Assembly: GCA_951406725.2 (NCBI GenBank)
Contig: OX597816.1
Location: 164,610,001-164,674,000 of the forward strand
Direction: 5' to 3'
DNA from: Octopus vulgaris
Lineage: Eukaryota
Length of the DNA stretch: 64,000 nucleotides
The notes beneath the pieces were generated by a model. That model made no database searches, was not told the DNA's origin, and saw only the letters and a program-made list of their open reading frames with translations. Position numbers and translations under genes: made by a program. Position 1 is the first letter of the stretch. Each line of letters starts with the position of its first letter. This document shows, piece by piece, positions 40,388-54,318 of the stretch.

Positions 40388-40595
40388 GCGGTGAGCTGGC
40401 AGAATCGTTAGCACGTCGGGCAAAATGCTTCAAAGCATTTCGTCCGTCTTTACGTTCAGAGTTCAAATTCGCCTAGGTCGACTTTGTCTTTCATCCTTTC
40501 AAAGTCGATAAAATAAGTACCAGTTGAGTACTAGGGTCGATGTAATCAACTTACCACTAGTCCGAAACTGCTAGCTTTTCCCCAAAACTCGAAGC
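40388..40595 (+). mobile_element. SINE family B copy
   Basis: gcggtgagctggcagaatcgttagcac...gagttcaaattc...tttcatcctttc...gataaaataagtaccagtt. Confidence 0.8.
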
Positions 40596-40884
40596 CAATA
40601 TAACGAGGAATATATTCCGTGGCATTCATGCGTTGCTCGAGAATATTAAATGTTTCGGAGAGAGTTCTTTTTGAGGGAAAAGTTGAAAACTTAAGGAGAG
40701 AAATCAACGAGAAACCAATATGGTTTCTCGTTAATTTTGCTCTTTTCCCCGAAGAAAGACTTTCTCCCAAACGTTAAATTTTCCACTCCCTATAATACTT
40801 CTTTTATCAATTTTACTATATAAGCCTTTTCAAGCTCCAGCCACTCTGGAGTCTTTTTGATAGTGTGTATATATGTTATCATTT

Positions 40885-41255
40885 ATCTTTTACCTGTTTC
40901 AGTCATTGGACTGCGGCCATGGTGGGGCACCGTCTTGAAGAACTGTTAGTCGAATGAATCGCCTCTAGTATTAATTTTTTTCGGCCTAGTATTTATCCTA
41001 TCGGTGTCTATTGCCGAATCGCTAAGTTACGGTTGTCAAGCGGTGGTGGGGACAAATACAGACTGAAGCACACACACACACACACACACACACGACGGGA
41101 TTCTTTCAGTTTCCATTTACCAAACCTCCTCAAAAGTCTTTGGTCGACCCGAGGTTTTAGTATGAGGCACGTGCCCAAGATGTCACGCAGTGGAACTGAA
41201 CCCGGAACCGTGTGGTTCAGAAGCAGATTTCTTCGCACACAGCCACATTTGCGCC
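40885..41255 (-). mobile_element. SINE family A copy (older)
   Basis: Diverged consensus match. Confidence 0.75.
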
Positions 41256-41375
41256 TATTACAGACATTATATGGGCGTGTGCTCATATTTATCACACACA
41301 CATAATGTGCAATCATACATACATACATACATACATACATACATACATACATAAATACATACAGCGTATATGTAT

Positions 41376-41605
41376 TTCCTTACTACCCACAAGGGGCTAA
41401 ACATAGAGGGGACAAACAAGGACAGACAGAGGTATTAAGTCGATTACATCGACGCCAGTGCGAAATTGGTACTTTATTTATCGACCCCAAAAGGATGAAA
41501 GGCAAAGTCGACCTCGGCGGAATTTGAACTCGGAACGTAACGACAGACGAAATACGGCTACGCATTTCACCCGGCGTGCTAACGTTTCTGCTAGCTCGCC
41601 GCCTT
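41376..41605 (-). mobile_element. SINE family B, long-tail subfamily, full length with a 17-bp TSD
   Basis: ATACAGCGTATATGTAT at 41359-41375 and 41606-41622 flanks the element. Confidence 0.9.
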
Positions 41606-42049
41606 ATACAGCGTATATGTATGAATGTATCTATGTATTCATGTATATACATAAATGTATATGCGTGTATGTGTGTATGTGTGCATGTGTTTCAGTAATT
41701 TACTCTATTATGTCAACACTTACATATATAACAACTTTGCTCGGCCTTTAATTATTCTATAATTAATACGATGTAATAGTAATTAAGGTTTATAAACATT
41801 TACATGACAGCTGTCGTTGATATAGCAATCGTTGTCATAGTCGTCGTCATCTCTGTTCTTACCTTTCAATTCACCGTTAATTCATAATGCATGTTTATTT
41901 AGTCGCGTCTCCAATTTACATAAATTAACTCTATTTTCTGCTCATCTCTAATAAAAAAAAACCAACAATATCTTCTTTCTTGTTTTTGTTTCCATTTGCC
42001 TTCCATATATTTATATGACATTGCACAGCAATATTTATGGAAGACCATT

Positions 42050-42279
42050 ACTCTTTTACTCTTTTACTTGTTTCAGTCATTTGACTGCGGCCATGCTGGA
42101 GCACCGCCTTTAGTCGAGGAAATCGACCCCATGACTTATTCTTTGTAAGCCTAGTACTTATTCTATCGGTGTCTTTTGCCGAACCGCTAAGTTACGGGGA
42201 CGTAAACACACCAGCATCGGTTGTCAAGCGATGTTGGGGGGTCAAACACAGACATACAAACACACACACACACACACAC

Positions 42280-42338
<59 letters not shown>

Positions 42339-42805
42339 AATATGTGGAGGCCCAGTGGCCCAGTGGTTAGGGCAGCGGACTCGCGGTCGTAGGATCGCGG
42401 TTTCGATTCCCATACCGGGCGTTGTGAGTGTTTATTGAGCGAAAATACCTTAAAGCTCCATGAGGCTCCGGCAGGGCGTGGTGATCCCTGCTGTACTCTT
42501 TCACCACTGTTTCTCTCATTCAGCGGGGTGGCGTCATTCGAAGGCTAAAACAATGCGAACGCATTGTGACCAGCGATGTGTAACAACATCTGATGGTCTG
42601 GTCGGTCACGTGATATATAAATATATATATATATATATACGACGGGTTTTTTTCAGTTTCCGTCTACCAAATCCACTCACAAGGCTTTGGACGGCCCGAG
42701 GCTATAGTGGAAGACACTTGCCCAAGGTACCACGCGGTGGGACTGAACCCAGAACCATGTGGTTGGTAAGCAAACTACTTATCACTCAGCCACCCCTGCG
42801 CCTAT
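42050..42805 (-). mobile_element. SINE family A with a SINE C-headed element (plus strand, ~42345-42615) nested in its internal (TA)n
   Basis: A tail at 42050-42260, A head at 42640-42805; the insertion begins GGAGGCCCAGTGGCCCAGTGGTTAGGGCAGCGGACTCGCGG. Confidence 0.8.
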
Positions 42806-43169
42806 GTTAATAAATTGTTAATAAAAGTAATATGCTTTTTGGTGAAGGCGCGTGGCTTAGGGGTTAAGGTACTCAGCTCGCGATCGTAAGGACGTGAGTT
42901 CGATACCCGGCGTCGCGTTGTCCCCTTGAGCAAGACGTTTTATTCCACGTTAAAACTTAATTGTACGTGTATTACTCCGTGTCATGTTGAATCTCCCTGA
43001 GAACTACGTTAAAAGTACACGTGTCTGTGGAGTGCTCAGCCACTTGCATGTTATGTCCTCGAGCAGACTGTTCCGTTGATCAGATCAACTGGAAAACTCG
43101 TTGATGGAGTGTCAGGTATGCTTTTAGTGACTGAGTTTACGGCCAGTTTTCACAGTTAAAGATTAAGAC

Positions 43170-43620
43170 TAAACAGCTGTACGCTGGTGCAGCTGGTTTC
43201 CATCTCCAAATGCAGGAGCCGATGTCTCATCAGGCGGTGAAGCAGCTCTCTAGCTGTTTCGGCCGCCTCCTGTGCAACACTAGAGTTGCTCAGGCCAGCC
43301 ATCGTTGTAGACGTCAAAACTCCCACACGAGCTTTGAGTCAGATATCGTGACTCTGGGCCAGATGTTTCTGTCATCCTCATTCCTCATTCTTGATGCATC
43401 ATTAGTCTTGAGCCAGTGTTTTCATTCAATTTTCTGGTAATATCTTTTTATCTCATCGCAGCTAGTCCAAGACTCCTGAGATGGAGTAAACCCTAGTTTC
43501 AACAATTCCTCTAACATCTGTCTCCACAGAAAGGTATATTTCCTCCTTTCCATTGTTTATTTCATTGCCAAAATTCTTAAGAAAAGAAATGGTCACTACA
43601 AACCATTTTTGGCTTTCATG
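43170..43620 (-). mobile_element. Possible decayed RLE-type (HERO/NeSL-like) non-LTR 3' fragment
   Basis: Translation NGKEEIYLSVETDVRGIVET resembles the GW....PVEVG.RG motif; the downstream region contains GGCCGAAAC and CTGATGA. Weak. Confidence 0.35.
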
Positions 43621-43667
43621 ATATATGAAATTTTGCTTTATAGAAAACAGTCCTATGCGAGTGCTTG

Positions 43668-43701
<34 letters not shown>

Positions 43702-44739
43702 TGTTTGTGTTTGTATGTGTTTCCATGTTTGTGTGTGTGTGTGTGTGTGTGTGCTTGTGTTCGTTTGTGTGTGTGAGTTTATGCATTTGCGAGTGTGCGC
43801 GCGCATATATGTGAGTATGTGCGCACAGGCGCAGAAATAATAGTGAGATAACAACAGTTTTGGTCTACATAGAATAGAGAAAAAAGATTAATCTGTTTAA
43901 TATTCAGAGGTGGGTGACCCGAGATGTGATTTATTTTGACACTTAACTCAAAGAGATAACACTGTTTAGTAAAAAAAGAGAAAGAAAAAATAAAATGAGG
44001 TTATGTCAGCTTGATGTAAGAAAAGAAAGTTTTTTCTTGAGTTCCACAACACAAAAAGCTGGTTATCCGGCTTCCGTGGCATATAAATGATCGAAATGAC
44101 AACATTCTCCCTGAACGAGACACCGATTTGTTGCAGGGGTTAAGGACAGCAATTATGAAGGGTGTGAGCAAGTTGATTACGCCGACCCCAGTACTTCACT
44201 GGTACTTTATTTTATCGACCTCCAAGGAATGAAAGGCAAAGCAAATCTGATCTTGGCGGAATTGGAATTCAAAACGTAAAGAGCCGGAAGAAATGCCATT
44301 TAGCATTTTGTCCGACATACTAACAATTCTGGCAACTCACTGCCTTAGGAAATCTCTCTCTCTCTCCCCTATCTCTCTCTTTCTCTACCTCACTCGCCGC
44401 CCTCTCCCCCTCTATCTCTTTGTTGTTGTTTCGCTATATAAATATAATTTGATTTTGATTTTAATTTTGTGAAATTTTATCCAGCCTTTTCTTACAGATT
44501 TTCAAATATAATAAATCTCCATCTTGTATATTTGCAATAAATAAATGGTGAAGACACATGGCCAAGTGGTTAGAGATGTTGCGCTCGCGATTTCACGACT
44601 GTGGTTTCGTTTCCAAGATCTGGTGGTGCATTGTATTCTTGAGCAAAATATTTCATTTCACATGCACTCTGATGTTAAATGACTGACCCAGCGATGGACC
44701 GAGGTTCAGCAGGAATGTCATCATCTCCGTCACTTATAC

Positions 44740-45112
44740 GCAATGGCCCAGTGGTTAGGGCAGCGGACGCGCGGTTGTAGTAACGCGGTTTCGATTCCCA
44801 GACCGGGCGTTGTGAATGCTTATTGAGCGAAAACACCTAAAGCCCCACGAAGCTCCGGCAGGGAGTGATGGCAAACCCTGCTGTACACTTTCACCACAAC
44901 TTTCTCTCACTCTTTCTTCTTGATTCTGATGTACCTGTATTTCGAAGGGCCAGACTTGTCACACTCTGTATCACGCTGAATCTCTCCGAGAACTACGTTA
45001 AGGGTACACGTGTCTGTGGAGTGCTCACCCATTTGCACTTTAATTTCACGAGCAGGCTGTTCCGTTGATCGGATCAACTGGAACCCTCGTCGTCGAAACC
45101 GACGGCGTGCCA
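44740..45112 (+). mobile_element. SINE family C, full length
   Basis: tRNA-like A box TGGCCCAGTGG and B box GGTTTCGATTCC; 3' end ...GGATCAACTGGAACCCTCGTCGTC...ACCGACGG.GTGCC. Confidence 0.85.
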
Positions 45113-45179
45113 CTATACCCTATAAAAATCGGGTCACCAGTGTCATGAGGCCTTGGGGACAAAGGTAAAAATAGGTGTA

Positions 45180-45720
<541 letters not shown>

Positions 45721-46547
45721 ACGACACATGCTCTTATTTTTTATCTACATGCAGAATTGTTAGCACGCCGGTATTTCGTTTGCGATATACTTCTGAGTTC
45801 AAATTCCATTGTAATCAATGTATGGTACAGTTCAATGGAAAACTAAAGAGATTTCAAGAGAAATAAGAGAAAAGAAAGAACTAGAGAAATAATGAAATCT
45901 TTCAGGCTGAAGCACATAGAACAAAAGACAAATTAGACTTAAAAGATGTATAAAACCAGTAAAATTAATTCATTATAAAGAACAATCAAAAAGAAAAAAA
46001 ATTGTCTTTGAAATAACAACAACAAAATATAAAAGGATTACGTATGAGAAAAGTCAATATGGCAGACAATATGTATTTAATTTTGAATTGAAAAAATGTC
46101 TTACATGTAAACAAGACGAAAAGTTGTTGTCGACGTTGTTGTCGTTGTTGTTGTTGTTGAGGCACTAGTAAGAACTAATAGAATTCTGCCAAGATATAGA
46201 AAGAAGGAAGAAAAACATTCCTGTGATCTATGAAGAATGGACTACTTTTATCTATAAACACAAAACGAAAAGGCATAACGAAAATATAAAATGTTAAAGA
46301 TGAAATAAAGTTGGAGATCAATGGCGGTGGTTAATATTAAATAGAAAAATGATATAGAAAAGCCCGCGTTTGATGTTAGGAAAATCGAAACCTATCGTGA
46401 TATGATGGCAGAGAAGGTTTTATTGAGAACAGCAGGCAGGAGTGAGTAAAACTATTGAAAATTTCAATATAAAAGCTGTTGTGAAGATATTAACAAAAGT
46501 AAACACAAATAAAGCTAATAGGTACTAATTAATGCTGTTTTTCCAGA

Positions 46548-47490
46548 TGGCGAGCTGCCAGAATCGTTAGCGCGCTGGACAAGATTGGCGATATGCTTAA
46601 CGGCAGTTCGTCAGTCTTCTACGTTCAAATTTCACCGAGGTCGACTTTGCCTTTCGTTCTTTTGGGGGTCGATAAAATAAGTACCAGTTGAACATTTCGG
46701 TTGACGTAATTGACTTATCCCACCCTGCTGAAATTGCTGGCCTTGTGATAAAATTTGAAACCGTTAATGCTATTTATAAGGCAGTGAAGTGGAGATTCGT
46801 TAGCATGCCGGACAAAATGGTTAGCGGTATTTCGTGTGCCGTTACGTTCTGAGTTCAAATTTCGCCGAGGTTGAATTTGCCTTTCATCCTTTCGAGGTCG
46901 ATAAATTAAGTACCAGTTACGCACTGGGGTCGATGTAATCGACTTAATCCGTTTGTCTGTCTTTGTTTGTTCCCTCTGTATTTAGCCCCTTGTGGGTAGT
47001 AAAGAAATAGGCATTTCGTCGTCTTTACGTTCTGGGTTCAAATCTCACCGTAGTCACTTTTACTTTCATCCTTTCTCGGTCGATAAAATAAAGAAACGGT
47101 GAAGTACTAAAGTTGATGCAATCGACTAACTGCTTAAAAGTACTGGCCTCAGGTATCAAAATTTGAAACAATGAATCGAGTTCATAAAGCGGTGAATTGG
47201 TCAATCGTTAGAACATCGGAAGAAATGCTTTGCGGCATTTGTTCCGGTTATTTACGTTCTGAGTTCAAGTCCCGCAAAAGTGGGAACAGTAGCTTCTGTG
47301 GAGGCGCAATGGTCCAGTGGTTAGGGCAGCGGACTCGCGGTCGTAAGAACGTGGTTTCGATTCCTAGACCGGGCATTGTGAGTGTTTATTGAGCAAATAC
47401 ACCAAAGCTCCACGAGGCTCCGACGCGGGGAGGGGTGTTGAACCTCGCTGTACTTTTCTACCACAACTTTCTTTCACTCTTTCTTTCTAC
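46548..47490 (+). mobile_element. Head-to-tail cluster of SINE B copies followed by a SINE C head
   Basis: B at 46548-46765, 46780-47170 (long-tail/short-tail dimer) and 47188-47275; C at 47299-47490. Confidence 0.8.
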
Positions 47491-49022
47491 TTCTGCTACA
47501 AAGCAGAGGAAGCATAGTGTAACCCACTATGGTGTGGTAAACTTTCAGACCCTAGTCTAGATTGCGAATCCTCTGTACCCCAGGATGGTTCAGCTCTCCA
47601 CCCGTTAAAAGCCACCGTTTCCGGAATGAGGATAACAACGTAGCTTTCGCGCCCGTGCAACTGCCAGTCTGTAGCGGGTGGATCTTAGTAGCTTAGAGTA
47701 GGCTCGAATTAGAGATTATTCTTTGTGGCTAATGGTGTAAGTCCTGATTGGAAGAAGAAGAAGGAGGGGGAGGAGAAGAAGAAGAAGAAGAAGAAGAAGA
47801 AGAAGAAGAAGAAGAAGACAGAAGCTACTGCGCATGGGATAGTGGTAATGGGAAGGTCGTGGCATAGTGGCAAGAGGAAGGTCGTGAGTTCGATTTCCAG
47901 AGACGCGTTACGTCCTTGAGCAAGACACTTTATTTCACATTGCTCCAGTCCACTCAGATGACAAAAATGAGTAGTACCTGTATTTCAAAGGGGCCAGACT
48001 TGTCACATTCTGTGTCACGCTGAATTCGCCCGGCGTGCTAACGATTCTACCAGCTCACCGCCTGGCAGAAACACATGTCTGTGAAGTGTACATATGTGTA
48101 AACAAGGCTACACATGTCTGTGAAATGCTCAGTCACTTGTACATTAATTTCACGAACAGGTTGTTCCGTTGATCGGATCAACGAGAACACTCGTCGTCGT
48201 AACCGACGAAGTGCCGTTAAAGCTACAGCTACACTAGGTTTCTTTCTTCGACTACTACTTCTACTAACAAATAGATGAAGTCAACTGTCGGGGTTGAGTG
48301 TCTTGGTCACAGAGACACTCATTTGTACCTTCAAGACGCGAACCATTGACTGTAGGGTCCAGATGTCCGGCGCCACATCGATTTAACCACTTGCAATTCC
48401 CCCGATCACCCTAACACACGCACTCAGGTTGTAAGGCAACAACAGCACAACGCAAAAGATCGATCCCATGTAACAAATCAAAAAGCACGTAACGTCCATC
48501 CGATGAACCTTCTCATTTGTTTCAGATCGATCGAATAAGTATGGCTTGAAGCGAGCCAATCCATTTGTAACGTTTTGTTTTTTACACTACGTTACAAAAG
48601 GGCTTTTGTACAAGTGAGAAAGAAATCATTATTTTACTAATTGCTGAACAAAAAAAGCTTAATTAGAAGCTTAAGGGCCAAGATAGAAGTGATGATTATA
48701 TAGGGCCCACGTGTTGATTATATCATTAGCATTACAAATTTTTCTTTACCCGCCAGGCAGCTGAGCAGCGCTTGTTAGTTCTATCAATCTAAATCCTTCT
48801 TTTGTTGTATTTTAATTATTTAATTACGAATAGAAATTTACAGCTTTTAGTGTCATTTTTCCCACCTGAATCGAACAGCTGACGGTGTGTAACTTAATCT
48901 CTTTTATGACAGTGGGTCTATGCTGACGTAGTGGAGGCGCAATGGCCCAGTGGTTAGGGCAGCGGTTTCGATTCCCAGACTGGGCATTGTGAGTGTTTAT
49001 TGAGCGAAAACATCTAAAAGCT

Positions 49023-51952
49023 CCACGAGGCTACGGCAGGGTGGCGGTGGCGAACCCTGCTGTATTCTTTCACCACAACTTTCTCTCACTGTTTCTGTAG
49101 TACCCGGGTTTCAAAGGGCCAGCCTTGTCCCACTGTGTGTCACGCTGAATCTCCCTGAGAACCACGTTAAGGGTACACGTGTCTGTAGAGTGCTCAGCTA
49201 CTTGCACGTTAATTTCACGAGCAGGCTGTTCCATTGATCGGATCAATTGGAACCCTCGTCATCGGAACCGACGGAGTACCACGATACTGCCATAACTAAG
49301 TCTTACATAACTACGTTGTATGTGTACTTGTTATTTAACCCCAAGTCACCCTTCACAAATTTCAAATTTTGGTACAAGGCCAGCAATTTCTAGGAAAGGA
49401 GTAAGACGATTACCTCAACCCCAGTTCTCAACTGGTACTTATTTATCGACCCCGAAAGGATGAAAAGCAAAGTCAACTTCAGCGGAATTTGAACCCAGAA
49501 CGTAAAGACAGATGAAATACCGCTAAGCATTTTACCTGGAGTGCTAACGATTCTTATTTCTTTATTGCCCACAGGGGGCTAAACATAGAGGGGGAAAGAC
49601 AAAGGGATTAAGTTGATTACATCGACTCCAGTGCGTAACTGGTACTTATTTAATCGACCCCAAAAGGATGAAAGGCAAAGTCGACCTCGGCGGAATTTGA
49701 ACTCAGAACGTAACGGCAGACGAAATACGGCTAAGCATTTTACTCGGCTTACTAACGATTCTGTCAGCTCGCCACCTTTAAGTCAACCTTCATTAAGCAA
49801 ACCTGTGATCTAAGGCATTCCAGCCATGATCCTCTTATTTTACTTCCATATATTATATATCTAAGACTATATTTTCTAATGTAACTTTTTCTGGTGCTAC
49901 TTTACCGCGCGGTCTACCACGAGGTCCGTAGTCTACGTTGTAGAGGGATCTAATCTGGGGTTATGTTAGGGTTAAACTGCGAGCTAAACTGCAAATGGCC
50001 AAGCAGACCGTACGCTAAAGTGGCTTCCTTTTTGTCTTAAGACGGTCGAATATGATTTGAGAATAAATTTGCCTACTATATTTAGCAAGTTGCGCGACCG
50101 CGTAGAGGAGAGATTCTCAACCATTTTTCCCCTATGGACCCCTTTCATTCCTATTTTGCTTGGGTGCTCCCACACAACCATTCAATGTTTAAATATTCTT
50201 ATACAGTAATCCCTCGACTATCACGAGTGTTACGTTCTAAAATACCCCGCGATAGTTGGAAATCCGCGAAGTAGAATCAGTACTGTACTGTATATTTTAA
50301 AAAATTGTTTTTATAATTTGTATATATTTATCTTATTATAAATACAAAACAACACCACAGAGGAAACGACGTAAGCTTAAATGACAAAACCGCGATAGGT
50401 GTCGGCCCGAAGCGACAGTAGAGGACACTTGCTCAATGTGAGACGCAGTTGAACTGAACCAGGAACTATGTGGTTGGGAAGCAAACTTCTTACCACACAC
50501 CCACGAGACTTCGGCAGGCGGTGGGGGTTTGAACCCTGCTGTATTCTTTCACCACAACTTTCTCTCACCGTTTCTGTAGTACCTTTGTTTCAAAGGGCCA
50601 GCCTTGTCACAATGTGTGTCACGCTGAATCTCCCCGAGAACTATGTTATGGGTACACGTGTCTATGGAGTGCTCAGCTACTTGCACGTTAATTTCACGAG
50701 CAGGCTTTCCATTGATCGGGTCAATTGGAACCCTCGTCATCGGAACCGACGGAGTACCACGATACTGCCATAACTAAGTCTTACATAACTACGTTGTATG
50801 TGTACTTGTTATTTAACCCCAGGTCAGCCTTCACAAATTTCAAATTTTGGTACAAGGTCAGCAATTTCAGGGGACGAGGTAAGTCGATTACATCGACCCC
50901 AGTATTCCACTGGTACTTATTTTATCGAAAGGATGAAAAGCAAAGTCGACCTCGGCGGAATTTGAACCCAGAATGTAAAGACAGATGAAATACCTATTTC
51001 TTTATAACCCACAAGGGGCTAAACACAGAGGGGACAAACAAGGACAGACAAACGGATTAAGTCGATTACATCGACCCCAGTGCGTAACTGGTACTTATTT
51101 AATCGACCCCAAAAGGATGAAAGGCAAAGTCGACCTCGGTGGAATTTGAACTCAGAACGTAACGGCAGACGAAATACGGCTAAGCATTTTACTCGGCTTA
51201 CTAACGATTCTGTCAGCTCGCCACCTTTAAGTCAACCTTCATTAAGCAAACCTGTGATCTAAGGTATTCCAGCCATGATCCTCATATTTTACTTCCATAT
51301 ATTATATATCTAAGACTATATTTTCTAATGTAACTTTTTCTGGTGCTACTTTACCGCGCGGTCTACCACGAGGTCCGTAGTCTACGTTGTAGAGGGATCT
51401 AATCTGGGGTTATGTTAGGGTTAAACTGCAAGCTAAACTGTAAATGGCCAAGCAGACCGTACGCTAAAGTGGCTTCCTTTTTGTCTTAAGACGGTCGAAT
51501 ATAATTTGAGGACAAATTTGCCTGCTATATTTAGCAAGTTGAGCGACCGCGTAGAGGAGAGATTCTCAACCATTTTTCCCCTATGGACCCCTTTGATTCC
51601 TATTTTGCTTGGGTGCTCCCACACAACCATTCAATATTTAAATATTCTTATACAGTAATCCCTCGACTATCGCGAGTGTTACGTTCTAAAATACCCCGCG
51701 ATAGTTGGAAATCCGCGAAGTAGAAACAGTACTGTACTGTATATTTTAAAAATTTGTTTTTATAATTTGTATATATTTATTTTATCATAAATACAAAACA
51801 ACACCACAGAGGAATCGACGTAAGCTTAAATGATAAACCGCGATAGGTGTCGGCCCGAGACTATAGTAGAAGACACTTGCTCGATGTTACACGTAGTTGA
51901 ACTGAACCAGGAACTATGTGGTTGGGAAGCAAACTTCTTACCACACAGCCAC
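49023..51952. repeat. Tandem duplication of a ~1.45-kb unit (49023-50500 and 50501-51948)
   Basis: Collinear near-identical unique segments (e.g. 49780-50400 vs 51230-51850); CCAC at all three boundaries (49023, 50501, 51949). Confidence 0.93.
50203..50400 (+). mobile_element. Tigger/pogo-type MITE end (duplicate at 51653-51850)
   Basis: TA|CAGTAATCCCTCGACTATC.CG terminus with repeated CCGCGA motifs; the opposite TIR is absent. Confidence 0.55.
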
Positions 51953-52618
51953 ATTGCACCTGCATGCGTTTATTTCTTGCGTGCGCAAGTGTTTGCCTCC
52001 AGTGCTAAAATGTACTGTTGCCAAAACAGACTGAATGTCCAAACAACTGTACCAAATTGCCTCATTCTGCATAGACACACAACTTAGGACACTTCCACGT
52101 ATGTGGTGTTTCTATGAAGGAAAATCTCGATACGAGCCTTCAACAAGGACAGGGCAACGTACATTCCCCCCCCCCCAATAGTATCAACACACAAGTGATA
52201 CCTTCAGTAAACAAAGATTTGGTTTCAAAATCAAGAAATTTCCAACCATGTAACAAAGTATTGAAGGATGTTGATATTGAAGGAAAGATTTCGTCCCGCA
52301 TTAAAACCTATCAAATGTGTTAAAAGAGATATAATGTTGCTCAAAAACGCCCGGAAGATACTCAGCGTATACGTTTCGCCTTTCTTGATGTTTGTCAATT
52401 CCGTACATCTAATTCTCATCTGCTTCCACGAAATTCGTGCAACGAAGCACGTCCGTCTCTCCCGTGAGTCACTGCAGCGAAGATGTCTGTCTCGTGAGTC
52501 ACTGCAGCAACAATATCTGTATCACTTCGATATAGTATTTTTATGAAGAGATTTTATCTCGAGCAATTCCTCAAACATCATGATTTCAAAATGGTGCATA
52601 TACATTTAGCATGGTATA

Positions 52619-52827
52619 TGTTTCTTTATTACCCACAAGGGGCTAAACAGAGGGGACAAACAAGGACAGACAAAGGGATTAAGTCGATTATATCGACCCC
52701 AGTGCGTAACTGGTACTTAATTTATCGACCCCGAAAGGATAAAAGATAAAGTCGACCTCGGCGGAATTTGAACTCAGAACGTAGCGGCAGACGAAATACG
52801 GCTACGCATTTCGCCCGGCGTGCTAAG
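52619..52827 (-). mobile_element. SINE family B long-tail subfamily, 5'-truncated, with a 16-bp TSD
   Basis: CATTTAGCATGGTATA at 52603-52618 and 52828-52843. Confidence 0.88.
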
Positions 52828-53101
52828 CATTTAGCATGGTATAGAGATGGTGATTTTAATTTAATGCTCTTTCAATGGTACACACCGAGATCTTTTTATA
52901 GTCCAACATGCTTCCTCAATACATGTACATATTTTTTCGCTGTTTCCTGTATATCAGAGCATGAATATCATTTAAACAGATGACAAACGGGTGCACGGTA
53001 TTGACAAGCCTCAAGCAAAGTGAGATGCACTCGCCGTTCTTATGAGTCATCGCAGCGACGATGTTTGTCTCATCCCTTTATTTTATTTTTAACATAATAT
53101 A

Positions 53102-53342
53102 CTCTTTACTCTTTTACTTGTTTCAGTCATTTGACTGCGGTCATGCTGGAGCACCGCCTTTTAGTCGAGCAAATCGACCCCAGGACTTATTCTTTGTAAG
53201 CCTAGTACTTATGCTACCGGTCTCTTTTGCCGAACCGCTAGGTTACGGGGACGTAAACACACCAGCATCGGTTATCAAGCGATGTTGGGGGTACAAATAC
53301 AGACACACAAACGTATACACACACACACACACACACACACAT

Positions 53343-53380
<38 letters not shown>

Positions 53381-53560
53381 GTATACACATATATACGATG
53401 AGCTTCTTTCAGTTTCCATCTACCAAATCCACTCACAAGGCTTTAGTCGGCCCGAGGCTATAGTAGAAGACACTTGCCCAAGGTGCCACGCAGTGGGACT
53501 GAACCCGAAACTATGCGGTTGATAAGCAAGCTACTTGCTACACAGTCACTCCTGCGCCTA
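53102..53560 (-). mobile_element. SINE family A, full length
   Basis: Consensus match from tail to head. Confidence 0.88.
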
Positions 53561-53892
53561 CGAAGGGATTTGATATCAGACAATTCCACAGCATCTGGCC
53601 TTGTAACAGTGTCTATTCATCTCGCAAAGTATTTGATTAATATTACTGTACTTCTTGTTCAAATTCCGCCGAAGTTGACTTTGCCTTTCATCCTTTTGAG
53701 GTCGATAAAATAAGTTCTATTTGAGTACTGGGGTCAATATAATACCTCGAAATTGCTGGCCTTGTGCCTAAATTTGAAACTAATATTATTGTACTTACTT
53801 ACAGTACTTCATTGCAGTACTTCCTAAACAAACATACTGTACTTCTTTACGCACCAACACTACAAAGAATGAGTACACAAAATTATCAGTCG

Positions 53893-54288
53893 TAAGAGTG
53901 ACTGTGTGGTAAGTAGTTTGCTTACCAACCACATGTTTCCGGGTTCAGTCCCACTGCGTGGCACCTTGGGCAAGTGTCTTCTACTATAGCCTCGGGTCAA
54001 CTAAAGCCTTGTGAGTGGATTTAGTAGGCGGAAACTGAAAGAAGCCTGTCGTATATATGTATATATGTGTGTGTATATGTTTGTGTGTCTGTTTGTCTCC
54101 CACCATCGCTTGACAACAGATGTTGGTGTGTTAACGTCCCCGTAACTTAGCGGTTCGGCAAAAGAAACCAATAGAATAAGTACTAGGCTTACAAAAGAAT
54201 AAGTCCTGGGGTCGACTTGCTCGACTAAAGGCAGTGTTTCAGCATGGCCACTGTCAAATGACAGAAACAAGTAAAAGAGTAAAAGAGT
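53893..54288 (+). mobile_element. SINE family A, near full length
   Basis: Consensus match; inverted relative to 53102-53560. Confidence 0.88.
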
Positions 54289-54318
54289 CAAATATAGTTC
54301 CACTCAATGGTGTCAATA

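Noticed and set aside
43175-43265. Hammerhead from CTGATGA...GAAAC on the minus strand
   Set aside because: Core boxes are present but no adjacent stem I pairing was found.
44740-44812. tRNA-like sequences with A and B boxes (also 42345, 47299, 48932)
   Set aside because: They are heads of multi-copy SINEs continuing into SINE body; no complete cloverleaf was identified.
45830-46525. A-rich segment resembling a decayed LINE ORF2
   Set aside because: No diagnostic motif is recoverable; too degenerate to call.
47490-47750. Possible HDV-like ribozyme or retroelement end before (GAA)n (GGCTAA motif)
   Set aside because: A consistent P1/P2/P3/P1.1 fold could not be built by eye.
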